Source: Podarcis bocagei
Taxonomy: Eukaryota
Assembly (NCBI GenBank): GCA_964188305.1
Contig: OZ076885.1
Strand: one strand, 5' to 3'
DNA: 64,000 nt
The position numbers and the translations under genes are program-made. This document shows positions 24,766 through 38,257 of this stretch, in pieces (the stretch's first letter is position 1; each line of letters begins with the position of its first letter). Below the pieces are notes generated by a model that was given only the letters and a program-made list of their open reading frames with translations, was not told where the DNA came from and did not search any database.

Positions 24766-26983
24766 ATGGCTGGGCAAGATTGATAAATAGTCTGACTTTG
24801 TATAAGGCAGCTGCCTATGTTCCTAAATACTATCCCAACACAAACTAGACAGCCATGTGCAATCAAAAGGTCCTAGAATGCTCATCATTTGCCTGCTGCC
24901 ATGCGGGGAGGGGGGTGGTTAGAATGAATTGGAAAGTATTTGTGTAAAAGATTTTGAAGGCACAAGGTTTAGCAGAAGAGCTCTGCTAAAGAGAATAAAA
25001 TACATACTATGTTGAAACTGCATACCAAAGATATCTAAAGATTGCATTCAGGCTTCAAGTACTTCTTAACCTCTCCAACCAGATTCATGTCACCAAGAAT
25101 ATAACTTAATAGACTGAGAAGTTATATCTAAAAGGGAAAACTGCATCTTTACATTATAGGATGGTAATAAAATCCCATAGCAATTATCCCATTGTTATGC
25201 TCAAAATAGGTACACTCTTTCATGCCTTAATTTTATGTTTTGCTTTGCCCTGTGCTAAAAGCACCAACATAATTATGCCCTCCAAGATCCTTGCAAAATC
25301 TGCTCAGAGTGATTATTTGACTCTCTTTTTATTTGTGGAAAGTAGCTAATATTGTTTCAGGCTTTTTATCAAAATAAATGCATGATTGGCTTTAACCATT
25401 TTTCCCCTATAATTGTTTAAAAAACGAGTTTGCTAATAGATGGAAGAGAAGAAGGTTAAATACTTTAATTTCCAACTTGCACACGCATGCATTGTAAAGA
25501 GTTTCTCATTTTGTGTAATTTAGGCACAACCACAGGACATAAATGATAATGTAAAAAAATAAAAACCCACCAAAAAAGGAACATGATGGTGTATATTACA
25601 TGTGAATATGATTTCTGATTAATAATGGTGATTCAAATATATTAGTTCCCATTTAGAAGATACAATTGCAAGCTATTTTTATTTTTATGAATGCTTATGT
25701 GAAATAGTTTTAAATTTATCTTCACCATAAACCTATAGCCTAAATCATCATTCAACTGTTGCAACATCATTCAAATATATAGTGCTGTTTTTTATATTAG
25801 TAATTAAGCCCATTCTATTTCATCATTCAAAATGTTTGAAAACTATTTATAATTCCCATTTAGAAAACCATGCCTAGGCAGCCACTATAATTCATTTCAC
25901 AGATTTCAAAATAAAGTTTCCAAATATGGATCTGGAACCTTCCTACATATCTTTCTATGAATCCTTACATTAAGTCTGGTACTTATGTGAACACCACTAG
26001 TTCATATTTCTCACTTAAAGCACAGTCAGCCAGCTCAATCATTTGCTTGCCTTTCAGGCTTACTTTGCAGGTTCTCGGTCTAAATGGTGCTGCAACCAAG
26101 CATGGGTAAAGGGATGGTTGCAATGCCGAGCACTCAGTATTACAGGATCTTTCTCTTGGACCAGCACTTCATTAAATTGCCCCTCCCCTATTGGCCATGT
26201 CCAGACCAGATCAGCCTTAAACATAGATATAGGTACTTTAGTCCATTGACTTCAATGTGTATAGAGTAAGGCAAAACAACATAACGCTACTATCATAAAT
26301 ATGAAAATGATGGGGTATTAATGTCTTACAGAAAAATCACAATGGAAATCTGTTATACTTGTAAATCAAAAACGCATGTTCCTAGTTCCATTTGCTTGGC
26401 TTACAGCTGCCTTGTAAAGTGCTTCCGACAGATGTCAGATGGCATTGCCAGATGTCTATTTCTTCACATCTCAAAGCAATGCATATTAGTCAATGAAATG
26501 TTACTTCTCGCACTTATCTGTGCATTCAGAAACACTCGCATGTGTTTGTATAGGCTATGGGAGAACTGTAATGCAGGGCTGTATAACCTAAATGACCTCA
26601 AGAGCCATTCCATTTTGAAGGGCCAAGGACTGCAACCGTAATTTTACCGCCAAAATTGTCAGTTCCACCTCAGCTTAATGCACATTAATCTCTTTATCAC
26701 TTTAATTTGTCCTTAGCTACTTTGGCATGTGAATTTGTCCAGTGCATAATACACCACCAAGCACCAGTTCTATAGGAAATTATTTTCTGTCTTGGAATGC
26801 TAACTGGGCATGTGCAGGTCTGCAGGGTTCCTGTGAAGTTTTAGTGTTTTCAAGTTTTCAAGAAGGGATAGCAGCTGGGAATTGTAGTTTCCAGAGCTCT
26901 GTGTGCCTGAGATGATGTTATGAGCATGTGCATGGCACCCTGAAACATGTTCTTACCTAAGCATCTGAGATCTTTACCAAGTA

Positions 26984-27188
26984 CAGTGGTACCTCTGGTC
27001 GTGGACAGGATCCATTCCCGGAGCTCTTGTCAGATCCCGAGGTTTCCGCAACCGGAGGTGCCTGTTCTGCGCACATGTGCGGCGCGATTGAGCGCTTCTG
27101 CGCATGCGTGCAGCGAAACCTGGAAATATATTTCTGGGTTTGCTGAAGGATACATAACAAGAGGCGCACGTAAGTAGAGGTACCACTG
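26984..27188. mobile_element. Tc1/mariner-type MITE, different subfamily
   Basis: TA|CAGTGGTACCTCT...AGAGGTACCACTG|TA, with a CpG-rich interior (TTCTGCGCA repeats). Confidence 0.9.
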
Positions 27189-27431
27189 TACTCTGTTGCC
27201 TTGTGAACAGCGTTTTTTGCTTTAGTATATTAAACATGGAAGGGTATTATTCCGACAGCCAGACATGTGTGGAGTAAATACATTTTCAAATATTAATAAG
27301 GTTGGGGAAAAAAGAAGTATCTCATAACCAAATAAAATCTCCAGGTCTTGACCAGGAAACAAACTTGTAGTATAGGCATGGTTGTGTAAAAAGCACAGAC
27401 TGCAAAGCAGCTAATACACAATATTGAAGAG

Positions 27432-27625
27432 GAATCACAGAATTGTAGAGTTGGAAGGGACCCCAGGGGCCATCTAGTCCAACCCACTACAATGCAAGAA
27501 TCTCAACTAAAGCATCTGTGACAGATGGCCATCCAACCTTTGTTTAAAATCTCCAATGAAGGGGACTCCACCTCCTTCCAAAGGAGTCCGTCCCACTGTT
27601 GAGCAGCTCTTACTGATGTTTAGTC
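27432..27625 (-). mobile_element. CR1 LINE 3' end
   Basis: Same tail as 10165, extended by AATCTCCAATGAAGG.GA.TCCACC.CCTTCC...TCCCACTGTTGAGCAGCTCTTAC. Confidence 0.85.
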
Positions 27626-29065
27626 GGAGAATATTCGAGACTTTGCCTTCTTGATTTTTTAACAACCTGTGCTCAGTTATTTGACTTAAATACACACACA
27701 GTTTGCTGGATCACAGTCAAATTAGTGAAGTCCATTGATTTCATTGGATCTAATCTGAGAATGCCTTGCTTGAATACAACCCTTAATATTTATTTTGGTT
27801 GTTCTGAGAGGATTGTATATTTAAAAGATTCTAAATTTTTATGAGAGATGGCTAAGAATGTTAGAGGAACAATACATTTTTTGGATTAGAAGACCAAGCC
27901 AAACACACACACACACCACACATACTCTGAGGTTTAATACACCCGGTTTTGCTGCTTGACTTGACACTGACTTAACACTGGCTGTGGGTTCGGGTGTAAG
28001 TCAGATCAGTTTTCATGGCCTACAGACTGATAGGATAACTTCTGGTACAATAAAGTACTGTACTACTTATGCATCAGCTAAGAGAAAACAAAAGGAAGAC
28101 ACCTTTATAAATACTTCTGCTAATTTATATGAGTAGGTGCTGATTTAAAAATAATTACTTTTAAGTAGACATATAATACATCTGATGGCAACTTCAAGGC
28201 CACAGCTCTCTCAGACTTGGATTCAAAGACCTTCATACAGGCAACTTCTGTAGAATAGGGCACATGGCCACCAAAGAGTGATGAGATAGGAATTCAATTA
28301 GAATGAAGCTCAAGGACCATCATTTGGAAACCTCTGCTCTAGGGGATGCAATCATGTGACTAACGCAGCTGGATACAAGACTTCGTTTTCAAAACTAGGT
28401 AAGAGAATAAGAACAAAACCATTTCAATTGAAAAGCTTTTATTATACGGTGCTCAACTTTTCACTGAAGGTTAGAGAGACTTTTCTTGAATTCAGTAGTC
28501 CTACTTAAGGATAACAAAATCATATCATTGTTAAGGACCTCAGAAATTACAGCACTACATGATAAACTGCTCTGTCTCTGTTTTATATTAATACTTCATA
28601 CATATAAGCTGCTCTAAATTTAATGCTCTTGTAAGGAAGGTTAAATACTACAAAACTTCCATACAGAAAAAGCCTGGAACTCTTAATGCATCAGATTTTC
28701 TACTTGGTGATTGTTCAGATGGTATTACATCTTAATGGATTCCTTTTTAAAGAACTAGATTGTGATTAATTGCAGTGCATGATTATGTACATGAAAAGGA
28801 TTGGTCTGAACCTTTGCCCTAACCATACACCAGGGTAAAAGGAAGTTATAAAAAGGTGATGATTTAATCATTTTACTGAAATAAAACTGTGACATCTTAG
28901 CAGACACAAACAATCCTATTTATGTGTTAAATGAACACCATTTTTATTGCCCAATGTAAATGCAAGTCATGCACAACAAATCAAGCAGGTGTCTAAAAGG
29001 GGAAAACATTCTTTTGAGCATTAACCCTTGGCAATATTTGTGTTTCCCAAATTAAGCTGGAAATA

Positions 29066-29250
29066 AGCCAGTTTAGTGTAATGCCTAGAACACTATTTGG
29101 ACATGGGAAACATCAATGCAAATATCTACATAGCCATCATTTTTCTAGATAGCTATGAGCATGTTACCATCTCTCTGCCAAGTTACAGAATTATTCTGAG
29201 GATAAAATAGGAGAGACATATATACACCAGCCTTAAAGGAGAATAGGATA
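29066..29250 (+). mobile_element. MIR/Ther1-related (Squam3-like) SINE, degraded
   Basis: AGCCAGTTTAGTGTAATG head, then ...TGAGGATAAAATAGGAGAG. Confidence 0.5.
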
Positions 29251-30427
29251 AAAAGGAGATTGCAAGTGCTCCTTTGTTATTTATTAACACACATAGAGGA
29301 CATACTCCAGATTTATATAATGACCATTAAAATAGACACTACTTGTATAGAAAACTAACAGAATTAGAATGTGTGTGTGATTGATTTATTTAGTCTGTGC
29401 GCACATGTGTGTGTTTGTGCGCGCACACATATACACTCTACAGAAAGCACATGAGAGGACAGCAAAATTGCTTTGTTTTAACATTTACTGCAAACCATGC
29501 CAATATTTGGCCACAGTATTATAGCAGACCTGGGTGCAAGTGCTAATCAAGTGGAAATGCTAGTAGACATTTATTAGCATTTATTTATAAAATCAAATAC
29601 TCCTTTTTTAAAAAAAAAAAAGCATACACGAAACGGTTTTCAATTTTTTTAAGAGCACATCTTTTGAGGGTAGGATCAATTTGCACAAATTCATATTTGT
29701 GTCTAAAAAATAATAAGACTTGGACTAATCTCTGCCTGAGATGAAAATTGTTTCCCTAGTCTATTGATTGAGGCCCATATGAATAGACCTATGCCCACCT
29801 GAAGGGATCCAGATCAGGTAACATTTTGTATGCACCTGATGAGCACTGATCAAAATAGGATTAATGTACAGTATATATATCCCCAGTGCTAGATGCAGCA
29901 AAAGTGAAGAAGTCATTTGCCTGTTAGCCACAAGCTGATTCAAGTACAGATACCAGTTTCAACATATGGATGGCATTTAATAATCAAGTATTTAGACACA
30001 TACATGAAATAAAATACGGTTTTTTGTGTATCCTGGGATTCGTGTATCCTGGGAGTTCCCACTGGGAAAAAAGAAACCAACTGAGATATTTGCCGTGCAT
30101 CCAACAATGCAATTCAAATGGACTTGCTCAAGTTCAATCCTGTTTAGAAGAAGGGGAAAACTGTGGGTACTGTTCCACAGTTAACATTAGACGTAGCCAA
30201 AATTGCTTTGTTCCCCATGGGCCCAATCTGAAGTCAATAGATGTGTATACAAATGAAGATATGTGGAAACATTCTTACTAATTTTAAGATTTCATGGTCT
30301 ATGTAAATTTGTGATGTGCCTCAATTAACATTTTCCCCACTTTAAAGCTTTGCAGTAAGAAAAAGCCAGGCATATATTTTTTAAAAAAAATAAAGATGCA
30401 CATATGATATAGCCTTATTTTTTGAAA

Positions 30428-30571
30428 CAGTGCTTTTTCTGGGGTGACGCGGGGGGTACGCGTACCCCTTAACATTTTGTGAATCTAAGTTTTGACCTCA
30501 TTGAGGGGCAGTATTTCAATATGAGTAGGAAAATGAGAGTACCCCTAAACTTTTTTTTAAAAAAAGCACTG
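30428..30571. mobile_element. Short non-autonomous DNA transposon (hAT-like)
   Basis: TIRs CAGTGCTTTTT / AAAAAGCACTG and an internal GTACCCCT(T/A)AAC repeat. The TSD is unclear. Confidence 0.75.
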
Positions 30572-31539
30572 TCCAAAACATTTGGTTAAGCAATACATTT
30601 TGCTGAACTAACATACTGTTTGTGTAGTGTTATGTCCTTAAATGGTGCAGGCAAACAAACCTTGTGATCATCCATATTCAGAATAAATTTGACTTCACAT
30701 AGAAATCATCCTAAATTTAAATGTGAAAAGGAATGCGGAAACTAAGCGAAGTCTGATTGTTTTGGTGGCAGTATTAGGAAAACCAAACAATCTGCCTGAC
30801 GTCACCAAAATAATTCACCTGACATCATGATGGAGAAGCCAGCCATGAACACCTCGCAAATTATTATTTTGATCCAGTTGTTAAGAGAGAATTACAGCAA
30901 AACCTGCACTTTCCACAGCTATTAAAGCACTGACCCTAGAAGAGCACTCTTTTGTGCTGAACTTTTTTATATCACCAAGACTATTAATCAGGTGCCAGTT
31001 CAACTGATGTGCTTTATATAGTTGACCCCAACCAGTGCCTTAATTACCAGGTATTAAATGCTAATTAGGATTCTCTGCATTAAAGTTTAATTTCTAAAAA
31101 AAAGGAAAGAGTGAAAAATCTAAAAAGTATTGCGTTCCTTTGTTGTGTGCTACAGCATGGATGCAGGAGGATGCAGCAATTTGCTATTGACAAGCATTAC
31201 AGGAGCAGGTCATTTCACAAGTATAGTGTGGACAAAGGTGAACTGGGCAACTGATGAGAATCTGTGGCCAAGGCGAAATAGCAATCTCTGAGCCAAACAG
31301 TAATAAAGTTACTGAAATGAAGCAATGCAGCTTTTAAAGTGAACTGTCATAAGTAGGAAATGGGTTTCAGAGTAATTAAAACCAGGGGTGAACCAACCAT
31401 TAGGCTAAGTAAACTATAGTGTCTGGCCTCTGATAAAGCTATGAGTAGCTTTAATACAGTGTATGTTACCCAGTAAATGCTCTTTCAAACATTGCAAAAA
31501 ATAAGGGATAGATTTAACAGTAATAGAGAGGCTACTGAG

Positions 31540-32310
31540 CAGTTATTTCTCCACAAGGGCCGACACTGATGCCGAAATCCAGCATTGCCTGAGCTCTGTG
31601 AGTGCAGCTTTCTCCCAGCTGAAGTGTTTGAGGACATTCTCAGGGAAACTGAAATGCTTGTTTACAAAGCTACTGTACTACCAACCTTACTGTATGCTTG
31701 TGAAACATGGGCCACTTATAAATGCCATCTCCAATTCCTCGAAAGATTCCATCAACAGTGTCTCCAATTTTTTTTACATATCACTTGGGAAGACAGGCAA
31801 ACTAATGCCAGTGTACTGGAAGAAGCAAAGATCACCAGTGTCAAAGCAATGATTCTTCAACATCAACTTCGTTGGACTGGCCATGTTGTTCAGATGCCTG
31901 ATAATTGTCTTCCAAAGCAACTACTATATTCCAAATTTAAAACTGGAAAGCTCAATGCTGGTGGTCAACAAAAGAGGTTTAAGGACTCTCTCAAGGTAAA
32001 TCTTAAAAAATGTAGTATAAATTACGACAATTGGGAAACACTGGCCTGCGAGCGCTCTAACTGGAGAACAGCCTTTGTCATGAACTTTGAAGACGCTTGA
32101 ACTTGGGACGAAAGGGAAAAACGTGCTAAGAGGAAGGCACACTTGGCAAACCCTCACCATGATCAACTCCCGTCCAGAAACCTATGTCCCCACTGTGGAA
32201 GGACATGTGCATCCAGAATTGGCCTCCACAGCCACTTACGGACTCACTGTTGTGACCATATTCATGGAAGACAATCTTACTCAGCTACGAGTGATCGCCA
32301 AAGAAGAAGA
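31540..32310 (+). mobile_element. RTE-clade LINE, 5'-truncated (ORF2 C-terminus with C2H2 finger and (GAA) tail)
   Basis: ORF 31585-32100 reads VYKATVLPTLLYACETW...LERFHQQCL...LRWTGHVVQMPDNCLPKQLLY...GGQQKRFKDSLK. CPHCGRTCASRIGLHSHLRTH follows in another frame, and the element ends CCAAAGAAGAAGA. Confidence 0.92.
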
Positions 32311-32651
32311 GCTAGAGTGGAGAATCTTTTCCATTACAGCTACTGCAGCAGCAGCAGCAGCAAGGTAAACAAAGGAGCTGAAGCAGTACTAAGGGGCAAC
32401 CAAAGAAGAACCCATATCCTTACCAGACAGAAATACAAAATAATAATCATTCGCATCAGCATCTGCCACTCATCTGGCTGGGTTGCCCCAGCTACTCTGG
32501 GCGGCTTCCAGAGAACAAAGGCAGGGAACAGTCCCTAACTCAGCTGCTGCTTTGCATCTCCCTCTGGTAAGCATATATGGAATACCTTTGCATTCCACCA
32601 CACCCACCACTCAGTGGTAACTGTAGAGTACCACCTCAGCCCCATGCTTAC

Positions 32652-32737
32652 CTGACTGCAGTGCAGCTTTAAAGGAAGGAAAGCCTCCAGGGTTGCCAGA
32701 TTGGGTACAGTGTGCAAAATGGCATGAACTGAACATA
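32652..32737 (-). other. Candidate non-coding (5'UTR-type) internal exon
   Basis: Pyrimidine tract TTATTTTCTTTTTCTTAAAG (alternative acceptor GTTCAG) and a strong donor CAG|GTAAGC. Length is 77 or 86 nt. Confidence 0.35.
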
Positions 32738-32974
32738 CTTTAAGAAAAAGAAAATAATTTTTCAGCCCTTAAGCAATCCTTAATGCAAAAGAAAAAGGCC
32801 CTAATATTTATTAATCTGCCACTTGGCTGAGAAGAAAAATCAAGAACTCTCAGTTTGTTGAGGTCTAATAATTTAAAAAAGGAGACATGCAGTAACTGAA
32901 TGGATCAGATCGCAACAGTCCCAGTGAAGTGGACTATTCACCACAGTGGAAATAAGCCAAATAGATCAGCCAGC

Positions 32975-32979
<5 letters not shown>

Positions 32980-33031
<52 letters not shown>
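32980..33031. repeat. (CA)n microsatellite
   Basis: Read directly from the sequence. Confidence 0.97.
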
Positions 33032-33033
<2 letters not shown>

Positions 33034-33854
33034 TGCACAAATTATGTTAATTATGTTAACTAAAATATGCAAATTAGCTGTGGCCCTCTGCATTTTCCAA
33101 GGTGACCCTCCGTGCCGAATGTGCTGCATATCCAGTGTACTAAAATATGCTGGTAGATGGGCAACTATCTTATCTGCTGAAACATTAAGAATAATGTATT
33201 CCTCCATACACAAACAATGAAATATTTTGAATAAAGCATCCAACAGAAACTTGTTCAAAATGATAAAAAACCTCCTACTAGTTAAATTGTATTTAAAGAC
33301 TGAAATGTTTTCCAAGTGCAAGCATATATACATCAGAATTATTTACCTTTGCTGAACACCTAAACAGACATCTAAATATAAGAAAGGTGTACAAAATATA
33401 TGTACTGAGAGGAGATTAATCTGTTTAAATCCCATTTTGATTCTGTTTTAAATACCTGAGCTGATATTTTCACATAATCTAAATTAAACCAAGGAAAGCA
33501 GGTATTAATATAAGAAATTGTCAATTATATTTATAGCCAGTGGAAACAGTAACCTGACAAACATGCTGCTGCTTAATTAAGATTTCAATCCTGTACAGTT
33601 AGAAGCAGAGACGCCTCAGTAATAGATATAAGGAAGTATGAATTTTATACAGGGTTATAGCACACATAAACAATATTCTCCTTTTCTTTTTAAAAATAGC
33701 TAAATATCTGAATTGATAAGAAAGACAAATACAGATTCTATGACTCTCTTTCCTAGCAACACATATTTTAGCAGTTAGATATACCAGCTAAATAGTGGGA
33801 AATCCTTCCTTGGTGTGCAGATTTAAGACTTGATCATCCATGAATGTATTAAGT

Positions 33855-33856
<2 letters not shown>

Positions 33857-33890
<34 letters not shown>
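33857..33890. repeat. (GT)n microsatellite
   Basis: Read directly from the sequence. Confidence 0.97.
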
Positions 33891-33892
<2 letters not shown>

Positions 33893-36800
33893 TCCGATAC
33901 TGCAGCAAAAAAAAAAAAAAATTGCGCACAGGCTGACCCTTCCCCATGAATGTATGAGCAACAAGAGATACAGCAGTGGATTCACCAACAGGATAGACAA
34001 TTCGTAAAATGTTTCTGCCACAACAAGGAGTGGAGGGGCAAGTTTTGAGTTCCTAAGAGATTAAGTCTGAGTACCCAATACCTAGTGCATAATATAATTC
34101 CCAATGCTATAAAAATAATAAATTCCTCCATCCCTCCTAAGGTCTCAAGTTTCAATACTTCTACAATATGAAGATCTAAAGCATGTGTAGCTTATTCCAT
34201 AATTCAACATGGTTATAGATGCTGCACCTGCCCAAATTCTTCCTCTGCACAACTAGTAAAGGTACAGGAACTCTGACATCTTCCTCACCATACATAGTCA
34301 TAAATGCCCTACTCTCAGTGAATAATCTTGTGTAGCATATTGGCCTCACGTACTAATATGCCAATTCATAATGCTGAGAGCAAAACCAACTCATTTGTGG
34401 ATAACTTTAATTGTGCAAACATGCACACTGATGACTAAATCTCAGAAGCAATGCTAGTGCAAAAACTGGAATGCTAACACAATATGCAAGAAATCTTTTT
34501 CCTGTTCCTCTTAGGGCAAAAAAATAAGGAAAGAAAACTGGATTACATAATGGAAACAATTCGGAATAAAAACCAAAAGGCATGGAAAAAAGGTATAGCT
34601 CAGAAGTAGTATGTTGGAGCTGAGTCACAGGTCTTATGCTACTATGTTTGATGGCAGGACAATATTCATGTGGTCAACCCTTGTCCCTCTGATCAAATCT
34701 GAAAGCTTAAGACAAGGCATGAGTGAGATGGTTCCCATATGTTTTTTAACAGGCTGATGTCAAGGTTGATGTGCAATGTCAATTTTATTTTTCTCAGATG
34801 AAATGTTGTACTTGACAATACTGGCTGCACAAAAGCCACATCTACAGCAGTATGGCGAATAAGCATAGTGACATCTTATGACTCTGAATGGCCCATTAGT
34901 AAGAGATTTAGCTGCCATGGGCCTGGTTGTCCACTATGAAAATATGATGTGCCCATACATATGTAATGCATTATTTTTAAAAGAAGACGTTCAAAGTATC
35001 TCCACTTGTTAATAAAATTAACTTCATAAATGGATCATTTTTGTCCGGGGAGTTTTAAGAGAGTTAGTTCTTTTTTTCAGTTGTGGCAGGGGCTTCTTGT
35101 GTCTTTGACTGAGGGGGTGGGATTCCGTTACCATAACTAATGTACATTACCAGTTTCAGAATTCTAATTGAGTTTAATACTGTTTCATGTTGCATTGAAG
35201 TACAAAATCAATACCATTTGTCCAGCAAAGAGGAAAAATGGAATCTATAAACTGCTCTTATTGAGTAATTAAACACCTATTATTGTCATGAGTAGTGGAA
35301 AAAAATGAATTTGGTAAGATAAATTTTCACAAGAAAACACTGCAGTGATTAATACCTCCCCACGTATTAAATAAAAATGACTGCCTTTTGTACAGGACTG
35401 CTGGCAGAAGAACAGGAATGAGAGAAGTAGTTGCCAGTACCACAATAACAGGCTAACCTTGAACTGAACTCCTTTCCTCAAGAAATTAAATGCTATAGCA
35501 GGACGTTAAATCCCTCCACTTAGAGCTCATTTGTGTTCCGTGTAACCTGCAGTTCCTGAAGAAAAAACTCATTATCTTCAAAAGGAGAATCCTTTTATAA
35601 TTTCTTTACAAATGTGCATATTGTTTCTCCAAAAAAGTATTTCACATTAGAAGGATAAGGGTATTAACAGCATAAGCAAGCAGAGGGAATAAAAGAGAGA
35701 GAGAGAGACTTGCATCATTAAGATACCTTTTCTGTTTCCTGGACATTCTAACACAGACTACGTAGTGTTACTGGGGGAAATGGGATGTGAATGGGGGTTA
35801 ATAAAAGTGTACCTTCACAGAAAATTTTTAATCTGTCAGATTGATCTTAAAATACCTCGATCTCTTTGTTGCTCCATGCCTGTTTTCTGCGCGCACAAAC
35901 ACACACACACAGCCCCTCCCCCAACATTTATCCTGATGGCTGCCTTTACATCCCTATTTTTCTTTTCACTTTCAATGATGCACTAGGAACAACTATCAAG
36001 TACAAAAGATGAATCTAGGGATGCGACACTTGTAAAGGGTAACCCTATTTCACAAGTGTGATGGGACAAAAAAAAAGGAAGGGGGGAAAAAGGCCACTGA
36101 AGCAATAACTGCTCACTGAATTACCATTAAATGGTAAGATTTATAATCCAATGTACAGTAAGTGCATATCTAATGGAGTTTGTCCTTTGAAAGAATATAA
36201 AGTAGATCTGCAAGCATACGGATGTATACAGGCTAGCAGTCATTCCTTGCTCATTTTGTTCTTAAAATTTAGAAACAAAGAATCTGGCCATATTGTATAT
36301 ATGTAAACAACCCAAAGTTTATAACCCAGAGTATAGTTAATTGTGGTTATGTCCCACTGAAACACATGGAATTGTGCCCAGTGCTGCAAGTGTAAATTAA
36401 GGGAATTAGGCATTTGTGCTGTACACTATGGCTTGCATTTTCCCATTTCACAATCCAAACAGATTCATTCTTCATAATGGGTAAAAAGGCAGCTTCATCA
36501 TGACAAGTTAAAATTTCTCTCCACAAAATCATTAATAAAATGAGAAGCAATAAATTCAGTATCTCACGTATTGTAAGCCAGAGTGAAGATTGATTCTTCT
36601 ACCATACCCAAACCACCACACCCCATAGTAAAAATAATAACAAAAACTCTACTGTTCTAGCAGAATATCACTTGTAACATGAACTTTGTTGAGATCTATG
36701 TTGAAGAAAGAATAGCAATGTGCATTCGCACTGAGTCATCAGGTCTGCTGGTTAACAGCACTGTAACACCAATATACTTTGCTCTCGTTCGTATCAGGAA

Positions 36801-37641
36801 GAAAGCAATAAAATGTCTTCACCTTGGACACAACTGACTAGGCACTACAGCAATTGCTAATCATTTTGAATTTGTGAGAGGTTTCTGCACAAACCGCATT
36901 GAAATTAGCTGAAGTTGCATGGCAGTGTGTGTCTGCTGCATTCCCTTCCTTGGAAAACAACATGGCAGTTTGAGCATTTCCTTCTTCAGTCTTTCAGGCA
37001 CTTGGAGGTTACAGAAGGATAAAAGATCAAACAAGCCCAGATATAAACATGCTCTTAATATTGGATTTTTTTCTTAAGGGACATTGCAAGACAATCTAAA
37101 CGAAAAAACAAAGCTAGTCTTACTCTGTTTCCTTCTGGGTTCAAAGGTGGATGGGTTTGTTTGTTGTTTAAACTCCAGCTTCTTTCAAATAGCAAAACTT
37201 GAAAATATTATCCTCAGAAAAGGAAAGGAAAAAATTGCAGCAAGCAACTTGGCTAATTTGCCTAAAATCAGAGTTACATTTAGAAGAATAACAAACAGTG
37301 CCTGCCTTGTACTTTAAAATCTTGCAGAATGAAGTTCAGCAAAAGGTGAAGTAGCGGAATTAGAAAGATAAGTGGCTGTGTCATTGGAGACTTCTGCATT
37401 GGCAGCATCCAAAAACATACCTAAACAAACAGGAGCACTTTTTCCTTTCATACGTTAGGTTTTTCTCTCACCATCCACAGTGTAATTTTTAATTATTTGT
37501 TTTGTTGTTGCAAGTGTATTCTTAGGCTATGCACAAGCAGACAAAAACCTGGCATTATCTGAAATAGTTAAAAAGACCTTTTCTACGGTACAGCGAACCA
37601 CAGGATTTCCAGCCGCTGAGGGAGGCCAGTTGACCACTTAC

Positions 37642-37970
37642 ATTCCCCCCCCCCCAGCCCGGTGATAAAATTAATGGATTGTTTTGATTCATACAATACT
37701 TTTCATGCCTAACTGGGGGAAGCACACAGCTAGAATAAAGGAGGAGGAAGAACAATCATCCTGAAGAAAGCAGGTTCAATGTAAAGGGAGCTAATTGCAA
37801 GATGATTGCATTCTGCAAAACAAGAGGTGCTTGTGGCATTACATACCATCACAAGGGCTAGGCTTTTCCACCCTGCTGCTGCCTCTAAACAAGCTGATTT
37901 GCTAACAAAGTGGTCAGCACTCGCTCAGCATCTCAGTAGGTCCACTGCCGGCTGCTTTCCCAAGCAGAGA
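37642..37970 (-). other. Candidate first/5'UTR exon (5' end may lie in the gap)
   Basis: Donor AAT|GTAAGT (intron starts at 37641), with locally retained CpGs and GC-richer sequence. Confidence 0.3.
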
Positions 37971-38132
37971 NNNNNNNNNNNNNNNNNNNNNNNNNNNNNN
38001 NNNNNNNNNNNNNNNNNNNNNNNNNNNNNNNNNNNNNNNNNNNNNNNNNNNNNNNNNNNNNNNNNNNNNNNNNNNNNNNNNNNNNNNNNNNNNNNNNNNN
38101 NNNNNNNNNNNNNNNNNNNNNNNNNNNNNNNN
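37971..38132. other. Assembly gap (162 N)
   Basis: N run flanked by AGAGA and (CAGC)n, so probably a collapsed simple repeat. Confidence 0.98.
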
Positions 38133-38206
38133 GGCAGCCAGCCAGCCAGCTTCATTCACCACACAAAACTCCATCAACATCACATTACGGTTGGAAAAAG
38201 AAAGGT

Positions 38207-38207
<1 letters not shown>

Positions 38208-38255
<48 letters not shown>
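38208..38255. repeat. (GT)n microsatellite
   Basis: Read directly from the sequence. Confidence 0.97.

Positions 38256-38257
<2 letters not shown>

Noticed and set aside
31585-32538. ORFs of 171, 131 and 93 aa as a host gene or zinc-finger gene
   Set aside because: They are the RTE LINE ORF2 C-terminus and read-through into flanking DNA.
32900-33333. ORFs with HTHT or CVCV runs
   Set aside because: These are translations of the (CA)n microsatellite.
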